Assembly (NCBI GenBank): GCA_964480775.1
Contig: CAYZRF010000001.1
Coordinates: 26,101 to 58,100 of the forward strand
Direction: 5' to 3'
Source of the DNA: an uncultured Nitrososphaerota archaeon
Lineage (GTDB): Archaea; Korarchaeota; Korarchaeia; Korarchaeales; Korarchaeaceae
DNA: 32,000 nucleotides
Position 1 is the first letter of the stretch; each line of letters opens with the position of its first letter. The notes beneath the pieces are model-generated. The model had not been told where the DNA came from. It ran no database searches and saw only the letters and a list, made by a program, of their open reading frames with translations. Of this stretch, positions 23,116 through 32,000 are shown one piece after another. Position numbers and translations under genes: made by a program.

Positions 23116-24228
23116 GTGAAGATAAGGTTGGTTTTTGATCGCTTGGTTCCGGGTGTCGAGAAGCAACAGATAGATACGCCAGCTTTGATCTTGGATCTTA
23201 AGCTTCTTGAGCACAACATAAAGGTAATGTCTGACTTCATCTCAGAAGTAAAGGCAGACCTCAGACCCCACGTCAAAGCTCACAGGACGCCAATGATAGC
23301 TCATAAACAGGTAGATGCAGGAGCCATAGGCATAACGTGTGCAAAGGTTAGCGAAGCAGAAGTTATGATTGAGTCTGGCCTGAAGGATATCTTCATAGCA
23401 AATCAAATCGTTGGAGAGAAAAAGATAGCAAGGCTGATTAGACTTGCTAAGAAAGGTAGAATCTCAGTAGCAGTTGATAGCAGAGAGAACGCTAGGAACA
23501 TTTCTAGGCTTGCATCTGAAAAGGAAATGAAGGTTAATGTCCTGATAGAGGTCGATATCGGAACTCACAGGTGCGGTCTAAAGCCAGGAAAACCCGTTTT
23601 AGAGTTTGCGAGAGAAATTCAAAGGCTTGAGGGCATAAGATTGAAGGGCCTGATGGGATATGAGGGCTTTGCTAGTTCAATCGTAGATTTTGAAGAGAGA
23701 AAGAGAGCTTGCACGAAGGCCCTGGAGCCCATAATAGAGACAAAGGATCTCCTCGAAGATGCTGGAATAGATGTTGAAGTGGTAAGCTTAGGAAGTACTG
23801 GAACCTACAAGATTAGCGGAAGCTATCCAGGAGTAACTGAGATCAGACCAGGCTCATATGTGCTCTCTAGTGTAAAACACAAAAGGTTAGTCCCCGAGTT
23901 CGAAATAGCCTTCACGCTTCTATCAACCGTGATAAGCAGACCTTCAGAAGACAGAGCCGTCATAGATGCTGGTAGAAATGCAATAAGCTATGATCAAGGA
24001 CTCCCATTAGTGAAAGAGTTAGAGGGGGTTGAACTCGTTAAGCTGTACGATGAGCACGGAGTGCTGGAGATCAGAAATAAGGACGTTAAGCTGGAAGTTG
24101 GTGATAAGATAGAGCTTATTCCGACGCATCCCTGTACCACAGTTGCCTTGCACGAAAAGATGTTTTGTGTAGATGATGGCACACTAGAGGACATCTGGGA
24201 CATTGCTACAAGGGGAAAATTCTTTTAG
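23116..24228 (+). CDS. Fold-type III PLP enzyme of the D-threonine aldolase / D-serine dehydratase (DSD1)-like family
   Basis: Family blocks include IDTPALILDLKLLEHNI, LRPHVKAHRTPMIAHKQVDAGAIGITCAKVSEAEVM (PLP lysine in HVKAH) and the C-terminal DEHGVL...GDKIELIPTHPCTTV. The GTG at 23116 follows GAGGAG and gives a family-typical 370 aa. The ORF track starts at 22978. Confidence 0.85.
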   Translation: MKIRLVFDRLVPGVEKQQIDTPALILDLKLLEHNIKVMSDFISEVKADLRPHVKAHRTPMIAHKQVDAGAIGITCAKVSEAEVMIESGLKDIFIANQIVGEKKIARLIRLAKKGRISVAVDSRENARNISRLASEKEMKVNVLIEVDIGTHRCGLKPGKPVLEFAREIQRLEGIRLKGLMGYEGFASSIVDFEERKRACTKALEPIIETKDLLEDAGIDVEVVSLGSTGTYKISGSYPGVTEIRPGSYVLSSVKHKRLVPEFEIAFTLLSTVISRPSEDRAVIDAGRNAISYDQGLPLVKELEGVELVKLYDEHGVLEIRNKDVKLEVGDKIELIPTHPCTTVALHEKMFCVDDGTLEDIWDIATRGKFF

Positions 24229-24269
24229 CTCTTCAAATACTGGAAAAGATCTAACTCTCTAAATCATAC

Positions 24270-25457
24270 CTATTTTTCCCTTTGATAAACTACTTTTCCA
24301 TCAATCAAAACCGAGTTCACCCTAGTAGTGGGCTCGAACGGATCTCCTTCGAAGATGACAAGGTCTGCGTCTTTTCCAACCTCTATACTTCCAACTCTGT
24401 CCGAAATGCCGATCACCTCTGCCGGGTTTATCGTTATGGACTTTATCGCTTCCTCCTCCTTCATACCCTCTCTTATAGCAAGGCCTGCTAATACACGCAG
24501 GCGCTGCAAGGGTAGAGTTGGGTGGTCTGTGGTCAGGCAAACCTTTACACCTGCATCAGAGAGTAACGCGGGCGTTTTTGGAGTAAGGTTCTTGAGTTCA
24601 ACTCCTCTTCTTGAGTAAAGGATTGGACCAATAACCGCGGGTATCCCCTTTGATGCTATCTCCGAGGCGATCAAATGACCCTCAAAAGCGTGTTCTAAAA
24701 CCAGATCAAAGCCAAACTCCTCAGCAAGCCTGATCGCAGTCCTAATGTCCTCCACTCTGTTGGCGTGAACTCTTGCGGGGATCTCTCTCCTAAGGATCAT
24801 GGCCATGGCTTCAAGCTTCAAGTCAACTTCAAAATCGGGGTCAGAGCTACTTTCTTTCTTCTTGAGATAGGCTTGCGTCTTGTAAAGAATCTCTCTCAAC
24901 AAAGCTGCAATCCCCATCCTCGTCGTCGGCATCTTCTTCTTTTGCGCCCAAGTCCTCTTTGGATGTTCTCCAAGGGCCATTTTGATTCCAGCCGGGTTCT
25001 TCAACATCCTACTCTCAAAACTACTTCCTCCGGTCTTCACGGCAAAGCCCTGACCTGCTATGACGTTTGCTACTTCTCCAGTCGCGAATCCAATCTCGCT
25101 ACCCGGTTCTATTAACACAGTCGTTACTCCTCCCCCAACAGCTTCTCTAAAACCTGGATCAAGGGGGTTCACGCCGTCGATGGCCCTTAACTGTGGAGTT
25201 ACGGGATCTGTGGTCTCAACGGCATCAGCGGTCCTTCCTCCTTCCTCAAGAGGGAGTATTCCTAAGTGTGTGTGGGCATCTATCAATCCAGGCGTTATTA
25301 TGCTTCCTTCTGCATCGATAACCTCTGCCCCTTCTGGAACCCTGACATCTGACCCTACACCTACTATCTTATTCCCTTTTATGAGAACAGTCCCTCTTCT
25401 TATTCTCTCTCCAGTTCCAGTCCAGATCTCTCCTCCTTTGATCGCAATCACCTTCAT
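24270..25457 (-). CDS. Metal-dependent amidohydrolase (COG1228/imidazolonepropionase-related group), copy A
   Basis: It carries PGLIDAHTHLG (HxH), GIKMALG, ARVHA, LEHA, TTDHP and GSIEVGKDADLVIF. The ATG at 25457 follows AGGAGGTG and shares one base with the upstream stop (TGATG). Confidence 0.9.
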   Translation of the reverse strand: MKVIAIKGGEIWTGTGERIRRGTVLIKGNKIVGVGSDVRVPEGAEVIDAEGSIITPGLIDAHTHLGILPLEEGGRTADAVETTDPVTPQLRAIDGVNPLDPGFREAVGGGVTTVLIEPGSEIGFATGEVANVIAGQGFAVKTGGSSFESRMLKNPAGIKMALGEHPKRTWAQKKKMPTTRMGIAALLREILYKTQAYLKKKESSSDPDFEVDLKLEAMAMILRREIPARVHANRVEDIRTAIRLAEEFGFDLVLEHAFEGHLIASEIASKGIPAVIGPILYSRRGVELKNLTPKTPALLSDAGVKVCLTTDHPTLPLQRLRVLAGLAIREGMKEEEAIKSITINPAEVIGISDRVGSIEVGKDADLVIFEGDPFEPTTRVNSVLIDGKVVYQREK

Positions 25458-26620
25458 CACACCTCCTGCTCGCTTCTATCGTATGCGATCTGACCGTTCA
25501 CAAGAACCTTCTCGACCTTGGACTTGATCCTCAAAGGGTGGCCTGAGAAAATTACGATATCTGCGTCCTTTCCAGGCTCAATGCTGCCAACCTGGTCAGC
25601 TACTCCAGCTATCTCAGCGGCGTTTATTGTAATGGCTTTCAAAGCCTCCTCTTCTGGCATTCCCTCGCCAGCAGCGACAGCTGCCATAAGGCTAAGGTAT
25701 TGTATTGGGATGACGGGATGATCCGTCATCAATGCGACCTTTATGCCTGCCTTCGCGAGGATAGCTGGAGCTCTTGGATCAAGGTTCTTGAAGACGATGC
25801 TTCTTCTAGCCCTCATGAGTGGGCCGAAAACAACAGGAACTTTATTCTTGAGCAACTCATCAACTATGAAATGAGCTTCCCTTGCGTGCTCCACGGTGAA
25901 GTCGAACCCGAACTCCTTGGCAACCCTTATTATTGAGAGCATATCTCCAGCCCTTTGAACATGGATTCTTGCGGGGATCTCCCTCTTCAGCAACTTTACT
26001 AGGACCTCCATCTTGAGATCCATCTCGCACTTCTCTCCTCTTTCAATTTTCTTCATGTAATTCCTTGCCTCTGTGAGTGCTTGCCTAAGCACCCCAACGG
26101 TTCCCATGCTTGTAACTGGATAAGGGTATTTTCCCTGTGAAGGCCTTTCCATCTTCCTTCCAAATGCCATCTTAACTCCAGCAGGATCTCTTAGCACCAT
26201 TTCCTCTAGACTTGAACCAAAAGTCTTAATCACGATGCTCTGTCCTCCTATCACGTTCGCACTCCCGGGACCAGTGATTACGGTAGTTACTCCTCCAGCA
26301 ATAGCATCCTTGAAAGCCTGATCTGTGGGATCAATGGCATCTATAGCTCTAAGCTGGGGAGTAACGGGGTCTGTAATCTCGTTTGCGTCGGCATACTCCC
26401 AATCTAATCCTTCAGGGACTATCCCAACGTGAGAGTGGGCATCAATAAGTCCTGGCATAACAACCTTGCCGCTTGCGTCAACAACCTCTGCTTCTGGAGG
26501 AGTTTCGAAATCCTTTCCAACCTTTTCTATCTTTCCATCTCTTATCAAAATCTTACCTTGTTTTATCGTCTGACCGGCCATCGTGAAGATCAAACCGTTG
26601 CAAATCGCCAGAGTTCTCAT
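25457..26620 (-). CDS. Metal-dependent amidohydrolase, copy B (tandem paralog)
   Basis: It carries PGLIDAHSHVG, GVKMAFG, ARIHV, VEHA, MTDHP and GSIEPGKDADIVIF. It shares the identical block TDPVTPQLRAID with copy A. Confidence 0.9.
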   Translation of the reverse strand: MRTLAICNGLIFTMAGQTIKQGKILIRDGKIEKVGKDFETPPEAEVVDASGKVVMPGLIDAHSHVGIVPEGLDWEYADANEITDPVTPQLRAIDAIDPTDQAFKDAIAGGVTTVITGPGSANVIGGQSIVIKTFGSSLEEMVLRDPAGVKMAFGRKMERPSQGKYPYPVTSMGTVGVLRQALTEARNYMKKIERGEKCEMDLKMEVLVKLLKREIPARIHVQRAGDMLSIIRVAKEFGFDFTVEHAREAHFIVDELLKNKVPVVFGPLMRARRSIVFKNLDPRAPAILAKAGIKVALMTDHPVIPIQYLSLMAAVAAGEGMPEEEALKAITINAAEIAGVADQVGSIEPGKDADIVIFSGHPLRIKSKVEKVLVNGQIAYDRSEQEV

Positions 26621-26745
26621 TCCAAGGAACTGTCAACATGAAATGCTAAAAAGGTCTCGAATTTCGCCTTTTTTGTTCGCTCTCAACAGGAAAGAACATA
26701 ATTAGTTAAAAATCATAAATTCCGAGAAAAAAGGAGAAGGAGGGT

Positions 26746-27504
26746 CTACGGAAGAGACCAAGAAATCAGCTGAATTAACATCTCCGCCTCATTATCGTGG
26801 TAGAATCCCTTGATCAAATACCCATTTAACGGGCCTTCCTCAGTCGAAAACCAGTATCGGGCTGGCTCTGGAAGATTTGAAGCCAGTAGATCTACTACAT
26901 TGCATTTAAACGTTCCAGCAGGAACAGTTATTGTTTCTTGACCTCTATCAATCTTTTCAGTATATTCAGACGCCCCACGCGCGCACAAGCTTGGAAATTG
27001 TGAACCAGATATTTTCTGTTTAAAAGGTTGACCCTGCGGGTTTTCTATTAGAATGTAAGCCTCAATTAACTCCAAGTTATCCTTTGTATAATAACCAAGG
27101 AAGGTTGTCTTAAACGTTTCAAGACCCATGACAGGATTCATCTCTACCGAAAAGGCGTATTTATCTCCTAGATCCTCCGCCCAATAGGTATACCTAACGA
27201 CAATGTGATCAGTACTTCCATTTGGGAAGAACCTCTTCATGTCTACTTCATACTCAGTTCTAAGGCCCGAACTCGCCATCCTCTCTATTTTCAAAAGCTC
27301 ACAGCACTTTACAACTTCTTTTTGTGGGGTCTGAGTTGACGTTGGTGTCGATGTGGGTGAAGATATCGGTGTAGGACTGGTTTCTGATCCGCCCCCTTGA
27401 GAGGGAGCCGCTTCTCCTCCTAGGCCTCCCTTCATGAGGAAATATGCACCCGCCGCTCCTCCAATTATAACTACGAGGAGGATTACTGCAAATAGCTTTC
27501 CCAT
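26746..27504 (-). CDS. Membrane-anchored extracytoplasmic protein with a Ser/Thr/Pro linker
   Basis: The ATG at 27504 gives MGKLFAVILLVVIIGGAAGAYFLM (signal anchor), then SETSPTPISSPTSTPTSTQTPQ, then a globular domain of about 190 aa with no recognised motif. The ORF-track TTG at 27573 is probably too far upstream. Confidence 0.7.
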   Translation of the reverse strand: MGKLFAVILLVVIIGGAAGAYFLMKGGLGGEAAPSQGGGSETSPTPISSPTSTPTSTQTPQKEVVKCCELLKIERMASSGLRTEYEVDMKRFFPNGSTDHIVVRYTYWAEDLGDKYAFSVEMNPVMGLETFKTTFLGYYTKDNLELIEAYILIENPQGQPFKQKISGSQFPSLCARGASEYTEKIDRGQETITVPAGTFKCNVVDLLASNLPEPARYWFSTEEGPLNGYLIKGFYHDNEAEMLIQLISWSLP

Positions 27505-27836
27505 GTCTTTCAACTTACCCTTTTCCGGATGAGGAAAGATCCTTTTCCCACTAAAAAGTTTCACGGTCGACAAAAAATGTGAATTTGAGGTTTATCTGCC
27601 ATCTATGCTGGATATCAGCGAAACTAAGCTAATTGGCCATGTGAAAGGATAAACCCTTCTGTTTTAAGTTCGAATGCCTGAGAAAGTTTTTAAAGGAATA
27701 TGAAAAGCACTTGTTTAGTGATAGAAGTGAGGGTTTTCGTTCCACATACCTGAATTCCTCTCTTTTGCGAGTTATCAGTTAGGAAACTCTGTTTTATGCA
27801 CTCACTTCGGAAATAATAAGAAAAGGAGTGATGAGA

Positions 27837-29279
27837 ATGTCTGATCTAGGTGTTACTGTCAAGAAGTCGGAAAACTTCTCTGAGTGGTACACTCAGGTGG
27901 TTTTAAAGTCAGAACTGGCTGACTACGCACCCACAAAAGGCTGCATAATCTTCAGAGAGTACTCATATGCCATATGGGAGAAGATCCAAGAGATAGTGGA
28001 CAGGAAAATAAAGCAAAAAGGGCATAAGAACGCATACTTCCCCCTTTTCATCCCTGAGAGCCTTCTAAAGAAGGAAGCGGAGCACTTCGAGGGCTTCGTT
28101 CCCGAATGCGCATGGGTCACGATAGGGGGTGACAGGAAATTAGAGGAAAGGCTTGCAATAAGGCCGACATCTGAGACCATCATCTATTCGATGTACGCAA
28201 AGTGGATTAAGAGCTGGAGAGACCTTCCGGTGAAACTAAATCAATGGTGCAACATAGTAAGATGGGAAACGAAGGCAACAAAACCCTTCATCAGGACAAG
28301 AGAGTTCCTCTGGCAGGAGGGACATACTGCTCACGCAACAAAAGAAGATGCGGATCAAGAGGTAATGGAGATTCTAGAGATATACAGAGACCTTATGGAA
28401 AATTATCTTGCAATCCCCGTTCTTACTGGAAGAAAGAGTGAGAGAGAGAAGTTTGCAGGTGCTCTTTATACCACAACACTAGAAGCCCTTATGCCTGATG
28501 GAAAGGCTTTGCAGATGGGAACCTCGCACAACTTAGGGCAGAATTTTGCGAAAGTCTTTGAGATAAAATTCATCGGTCAAGATGAGAAGGAGCACTACGT
28601 TTGGCAGACCTCATGGGGTATTTCGACGAGACTAATTGGAGCCTTGGTAATGGTACACGGAGACGACAGAGGCCTAGTACTGCCTCCGAAAATAGCTCCC
28701 ATACAAGTAGTTGTGATCCCGATATTCTACAAGGAAGTTGAGATGGAAGCAATCCTGAAAAAGGCTAGGGAGATCCTTCAAACTCTGCAGGAGAACGGGA
28801 TACGTTCCGTGATAGATGATAGGACAGAATACACTCCTGGATGGAAGTTCAATCACTGGGAACTCAAGGGAGTTCCGCTAAGGGTGGAAATAGGTCCCAA
28901 AGATTTGGAAAAAGGAGAGGTTACGATTGCCAGAAGAGACACCTTCGAAAGAATGTCGATAAAGGAGGGGGAGATGCTCCAAACGATTAAGCGAACCCTC
29001 GAAGAAATACAGGAAAACCTCTTCAAGAGGGCAAAGGAGTACTTGGAGACGCACATAACAGAAGTAAAAAGCTATGAGGAGTTTAAGGATGCGCTCAAAA
29101 CGAAAGGAGGCTTCATAAAAGCAAGCTGGTGTTTGAGTTCGGAATGTGAGGAGAAGATAAAGGAGGAAACGGGGGCGACTATAAGGCTAATACCTTTCGA
29201 GAAGGAAAAACCCTTTTCAAATTGCATCTATTGCGGTGGAGAGGCAAAAGTAGTAGCATATTTCGCTAAAGCATATTAG
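27837..29279 (+). CDS. proS: Prolyl-tRNA synthetase, archaeal/eukaryal type
   Basis: It shows FSEWYTQVV, IRPTSETIIY, RWE...PFIRTREFLWQEGHTAH, MGTSHNLGQNFA, WQTSWGISTRLIGALVMVHGDDRGLVLPP, a C-terminal Zn-type Cys pair region and a terminal ...YFAKAY. The ATG at 27837 lies 8 nt after GGAG. Confidence 0.95.
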   Translation: MSDLGVTVKKSENFSEWYTQVVLKSELADYAPTKGCIIFREYSYAIWEKIQEIVDRKIKQKGHKNAYFPLFIPESLLKKEAEHFEGFVPECAWVTIGGDRKLEERLAIRPTSETIIYSMYAKWIKSWRDLPVKLNQWCNIVRWETKATKPFIRTREFLWQEGHTAHATKEDADQEVMEILEIYRDLMENYLAIPVLTGRKSEREKFAGALYTTTLEALMPDGKALQMGTSHNLGQNFAKVFEIKFIGQDEKEHYVWQTSWGISTRLIGALVMVHGDDRGLVLPPKIAPIQVVVIPIFYKEVEMEAILKKAREILQTLQENGIRSVIDDRTEYTPGWKFNHWELKGVPLRVEIGPKDLEKGEVTIARRDTFERMSIKEGEMLQTIKRTLEEIQENLFKRAKEYLETHITEVKSYEEFKDALKTKGGFIKASWCLSSECEEKIKEETGATIRLIPFEKEKPFSNCIYCGGEAKVVAYFAKAY

Positions 29280-29479
29280 TAAAACAAAGAAGCCTTCCGT
29301 CACACGACATCGCTGCATTCGTAACAGTAGAGGAGATGAAAGCCTCTAATCAATTTTTTATTTGAAAACTCTTGACTACAGAACCTCATAAGAGCTAGCT
29401 TTTCAACTTCTTTTACTTCTGAGCCAATTGGTAAAGTTTTATGGTTTTCGCCTTACTTGCAGCTTGGAGAGGAAAGAAG

Positions 29480-30370
29480 GTGTTGAAAACTAACGAAGAC
29501 AGGTTGGTGAAGATTTCAGTTGTCGGAGAGATTTCCAGCCCCATTTTCGGCAGGTCTCCTTATCGCATAACCTCTGATGGGCATCCTGTCGTGCTGCCTG
29601 GCGTTGGGGGGATAACTTACAACATTAGGGTTGGGGATCCTGCTTGTGGATGGGAAGCAGATCACGTGGAGCCTGGTGTTAGTATTAAGAACAAGGAGAA
29701 AGACGAGCGTTTTCCACAGGCGGCTAATAGAGCATTAAATGTCCTAGCTTGCGTGGGAAATGAAGCAGTTGTCATGTCTGGCGATGCCAAGGGGGCAAAA
29801 GGAGTTGTTACGGGCAAGCATGGTGGAATCGAACACGTTCTTATCGACTTCCAGCCAGAAGTACTGGAGAGGTTGATGATAGGTGACAAGGTGCTCGTCA
29901 AAGCCTACGGCGTGGGATTGAAGCTGCTTGACTACCCAGAGATAAAGGTGATGAACATGGATCCACGCTTTTTGCACGCCATACCAATTAAGCCATTAGG
30001 AGACAAGCTAGAGATACCAGTGACGCATGAAATTCCGGCCTCAATCATGGGATCTGGTTTGGGAGCAAACCAGGTCTACTCTGGTGATTACGACATCCAA
30101 CTCTTTGACGAGAAGATGAGGAAGAAGTACGGTTTAGATGACCTGAGACTAGGTGATCTAGTTGCTATTCTGAATGCCGACCATTCTTACGGGAGGATTT
30201 ACAAGGAAGGAGCCATTTCGGTAGGAATAGTTGTGCACAGCAACTGCGTGACCTCAGGTCACGGGCCAGGAGTAACTACGCTCTTCACGTCTTCAACCGG
30301 TAAGATAGTTCCAAGGATAGGTCCAGATGCTAACATCGCGAAGATACTTAACCTGAGAAAGGATCTTTAA
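29480..30370 (+). CDS. Conserved protein of unknown function (DUF4438-like)
   Basis: The GTG at 29480 is preceded by GGAGAGG and gives 296 aa. The N-terminal pattern LKTNEDRLVKISVVGEISSPIFGRSPYRITSDGHPVVLPGVGGITYN recalls the DUF4438 family (Thermotoga/archaeal). This rests on my recollection only. Confidence 0.65.
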   Translation: MLKTNEDRLVKISVVGEISSPIFGRSPYRITSDGHPVVLPGVGGITYNIRVGDPACGWEADHVEPGVSIKNKEKDERFPQAANRALNVLACVGNEAVVMSGDAKGAKGVVTGKHGGIEHVLIDFQPEVLERLMIGDKVLVKAYGVGLKLLDYPEIKVMNMDPRFLHAIPIKPLGDKLEIPVTHEIPASIMGSGLGANQVYSGDYDIQLFDEKMRKKYGLDDLRLGDLVAILNADHSYGRIYKEGAISVGIVVHSNCVTSGHGPGVTTLFTSSTGKIVPRIGPDANIAKILNLRKDL

Positions 30371-30453
30371 CGACAGCTAGTGGAGGATTGAGCTCAAAGA
30401 TAAGGATTCCAACCTACGGAAGTATATAGGTCGCTAGCAAAAGAAGATCTCAT

Positions 30454-31650
30454 TTAAGTCGGTTCTCTAACCATACATGCTGCGATCAAGGACAAGAAGG
30501 TCAGGGGCAACGCTAGAAGGAATGGGGCTTGCCAGCCAAAGCGCCTGAATAGGAATCCTCCCAGGAATGGGAAGGGCAGGCCAATGAGAGAGCTCATGAA
30601 GTCTATTTTGCTCATCTCTGTGACTCTATTCTTCATTGATGTTCTTTCAGCGAGAAGGGCGCTGTAAGGGGAGGACCAGGTTGCTATTATTCCGGAAACC
30701 AATATGGGATAATATATCCTGATGGCTTTGGGATCGGGAAACAGTATAAGGGCAATAAGGGTGAGGACGCCGAAAGCCTCGCTTACCACTAAAAGTTCCT
30801 TCCTTCCTATCTTGTCAGAAGCCCACCCGGAGATAGGACCCATTGCAGCACTTAAGGCGTTTCTAAGAGAACTCAAGGCCCCCAGGTAGGAAGATGTAAC
30901 TTGAAAGGCATCGACCATGAACATAAACAGCACGCCCCTCATCCATATCCCGTAAGAGATGGAATCTATGGATTTCAACAAATAGATGTCTTTAAGGTCC
31001 TTGTTTGGCTTCAATAGTTCTCTAAGAGAGCCTCTCGGCTCTAAGAGCTCGGATTTGTATCTGTAGGTCTCCCTTATTATGGTCCAAGCAATGATTATCC
31101 CGATTGCTGCGGTACCAGCAGAGATCCATATGACAGCTCTCTCTCCGATGGATTCAGCAAGGACTCCAGCAACATAAGGCAGGAAGAACCCCGGAATTGT
31201 CCAGCCCAGGGATAACAAGCTCATTACTAGGGCCCTGCTCTCTCTTACCGTAGACTCTGCTCCAATGGTTGTGGAAAGCGGCCTATAGGTCCTGAAGCTG
31301 ATCGAACCTATGATTGAAGCCGGGATGAAATGAATCCAGCTCGTTGAGAGTGCGTACATTGCTCTACTAAGAGATGTCAGAACCATCGAAGCGGTGAACA
31401 TGATCTTCCTGCCAACCCTATCAGCAATCCTACCCAGGAAGAGGCTTGATGGCAGCGCTACCAGGCTTGAGATGGACTGGATCATCCCCATTTTCTCGCT
31501 GTCTGCACCGAGAGAGGATGCAAATGTGGGCAAAACAGGTCTTTGAAGGTTCATAGAGCAGGACCTGAGGAATCTAGCGAAGAAGAGACCAGCTACGTTT
31601 CTTTTATCTATTGTTTCAATATCTTCTCCTATATTTTCGCTGATATTCAT
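30454..31650 (-). CDS. MFS transporter (4 of 4)
   Basis: Motif A is GRIADRVGRKIMF, with the second-half motif GWASDKIGRKELLV, in a multi-span hydrophobic protein. Confidence 0.88.
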   Translation of the reverse strand: MNISENIGEDIETIDKRNVAGLFFARFLRSCSMNLQRPVLPTFASSLGADSEKMGMIQSISSLVALPSSLFLGRIADRVGRKIMFTASMVLTSLSRAMYALSTSWIHFIPASIIGSISFRTYRPLSTTIGAESTVRESRALVMSLLSLGWTIPGFFLPYVAGVLAESIGERAVIWISAGTAAIGIIIAWTIIRETYRYKSELLEPRGSLRELLKPNKDLKDIYLLKSIDSISYGIWMRGVLFMFMVDAFQVTSSYLGALSSLRNALSAAMGPISGWASDKIGRKELLVVSEAFGVLTLIALILFPDPKAIRIYYPILVSGIIATWSSPYSALLAERTSMKNRVTEMSKIDFMSSLIGLPFPFLGGFLFRRFGWQAPFLLALPLTFLSLIAACMVREPT

Positions 31651-31859
31651 CTCATGCCCCCTTTCATCATTTTCCCACTAGTGGATACCTAAATCCATAA
31701 AAAATCGACTAAGAAACTTAAGACATAGCTGTAATAGTGGATTTTAACCTCTTTGTGGGCTCTTAGCCTCATTACACGGATCTAATTGTAGGTAGAATCT
31801 TGGCTGTTCAGACCTGTGTACTCTTCCTTTATGCCCTAGAACTGTCGATTTTGGGATAA

Positions 31860-32000
31860 TTACTGACTCAAGGTAACACCTACAGCTTCAAGCCCGTCAA
31901 TCACGTAGTCTAGGCCCGACTTCTTTAGTGTGGATTTTGTCGGAATTCCTCTCTCGTCCCATCCCCTTATCTCGTAGTACCAGCTTAGCAGTTGGTCGTA
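31860..32000 (-). CDS. Aldehyde:ferredoxin oxidoreductase (AOR) family protein, C-terminal 46 codons (5' part lies outside the window)
   Basis: This ORF is not in the ORF track. The reverse-strand translation is [46 protein letters not shown]-stop (TAA at 31860-31862). The YYxxRGWDxxGIPT block is characteristic of the C-terminus of tungsten AOR-family enzymes. Confidence 0.7.
   Translation of the reverse strand, partial: YDQLLSWYYEIRGWDERGIPTKSTLKKSGLDYVIDGLEAVGVTLSQ

Noticed and set aside
1-32000. A search for CRISPR arrays, transposases or integrases, IS ends, rRNA and tRNA.
   Set aside because: I noticed no regularly spaced direct repeats, no DDE or tyrosine-recombinase-like ORF and no rRNA- or tRNA-like sequence. 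Reading by eye cannot exclude short or degenerate elements.

Overview
The window is a gene-dense, mostly minus-strand chromosomal segment that looks archaeal and probably hyperthermophilic. Supporting signs are an archaeal/eukaryal-type prolyl-tRNA synthetase ending in ...FAKAY, a truncated class-II aaRS paralog of the archaeal asparagine synthetase type, a CofE-like ligase, and an aldehyde:ferredoxin oxidoreductase C-terminus at the right edge. Further signs are TATA-like boxes about 25-30 nt upstream of starts, GGAGG/GGTGA Shine-Dalgarno motifs, frequent GTG/TTG starts, and Lys/Glu/Ile/Val-rich proteins. I cannot assign a genus. I call about 31 protein genes. I saw no rRNA, tRNA, CRISPR array, transposase or integrase.

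Left to right, the content is:
- An Lrp/AsnC regulator with a Cys-rich tail.
- PmbA-TldD-CofE.
- A small accessory-looking patch at 4.5-9.1 kb: a degenerate nucleotidyltransferase/HEPN-like fusion, an ArsR-like regulator coupled to an unknown 259-aa protein, VapBC, and orphan proteins.
- An AsnA-like synthetase and a membrane-anchored, sequon-rich PQQ-like beta-propeller protein.
- An MFS transporter plus a creatininase-family hydrolase.
- A tightly coupled four-gene operon: MFS transporter, MoaD/ThiS-like protein ending in Gly-Gly-Gly, MBL-fold hydrolase, and a radical SAM/TRAM enzyme with an interrupted Cys motif.
- A V4R-Roadblock/LC7-small protein operon with no GTPase.
- A cluster of an MFS transporter, a D-threonine-aldolase/D-serine-dehydratase-like PLP enzyme, two tandem amidohydrolase paralogs and a secreted protein.
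- proS, a DUF4438-like protein, a fourth MFS transporter and the AOR fragment.

The best candidate for an undescribed system is the MFS / ubiquitin-like / MBL / radical-SAM operon at 15388..19593. All functional calls come from reading motifs by eye and need HMM or structure searches to confirm.
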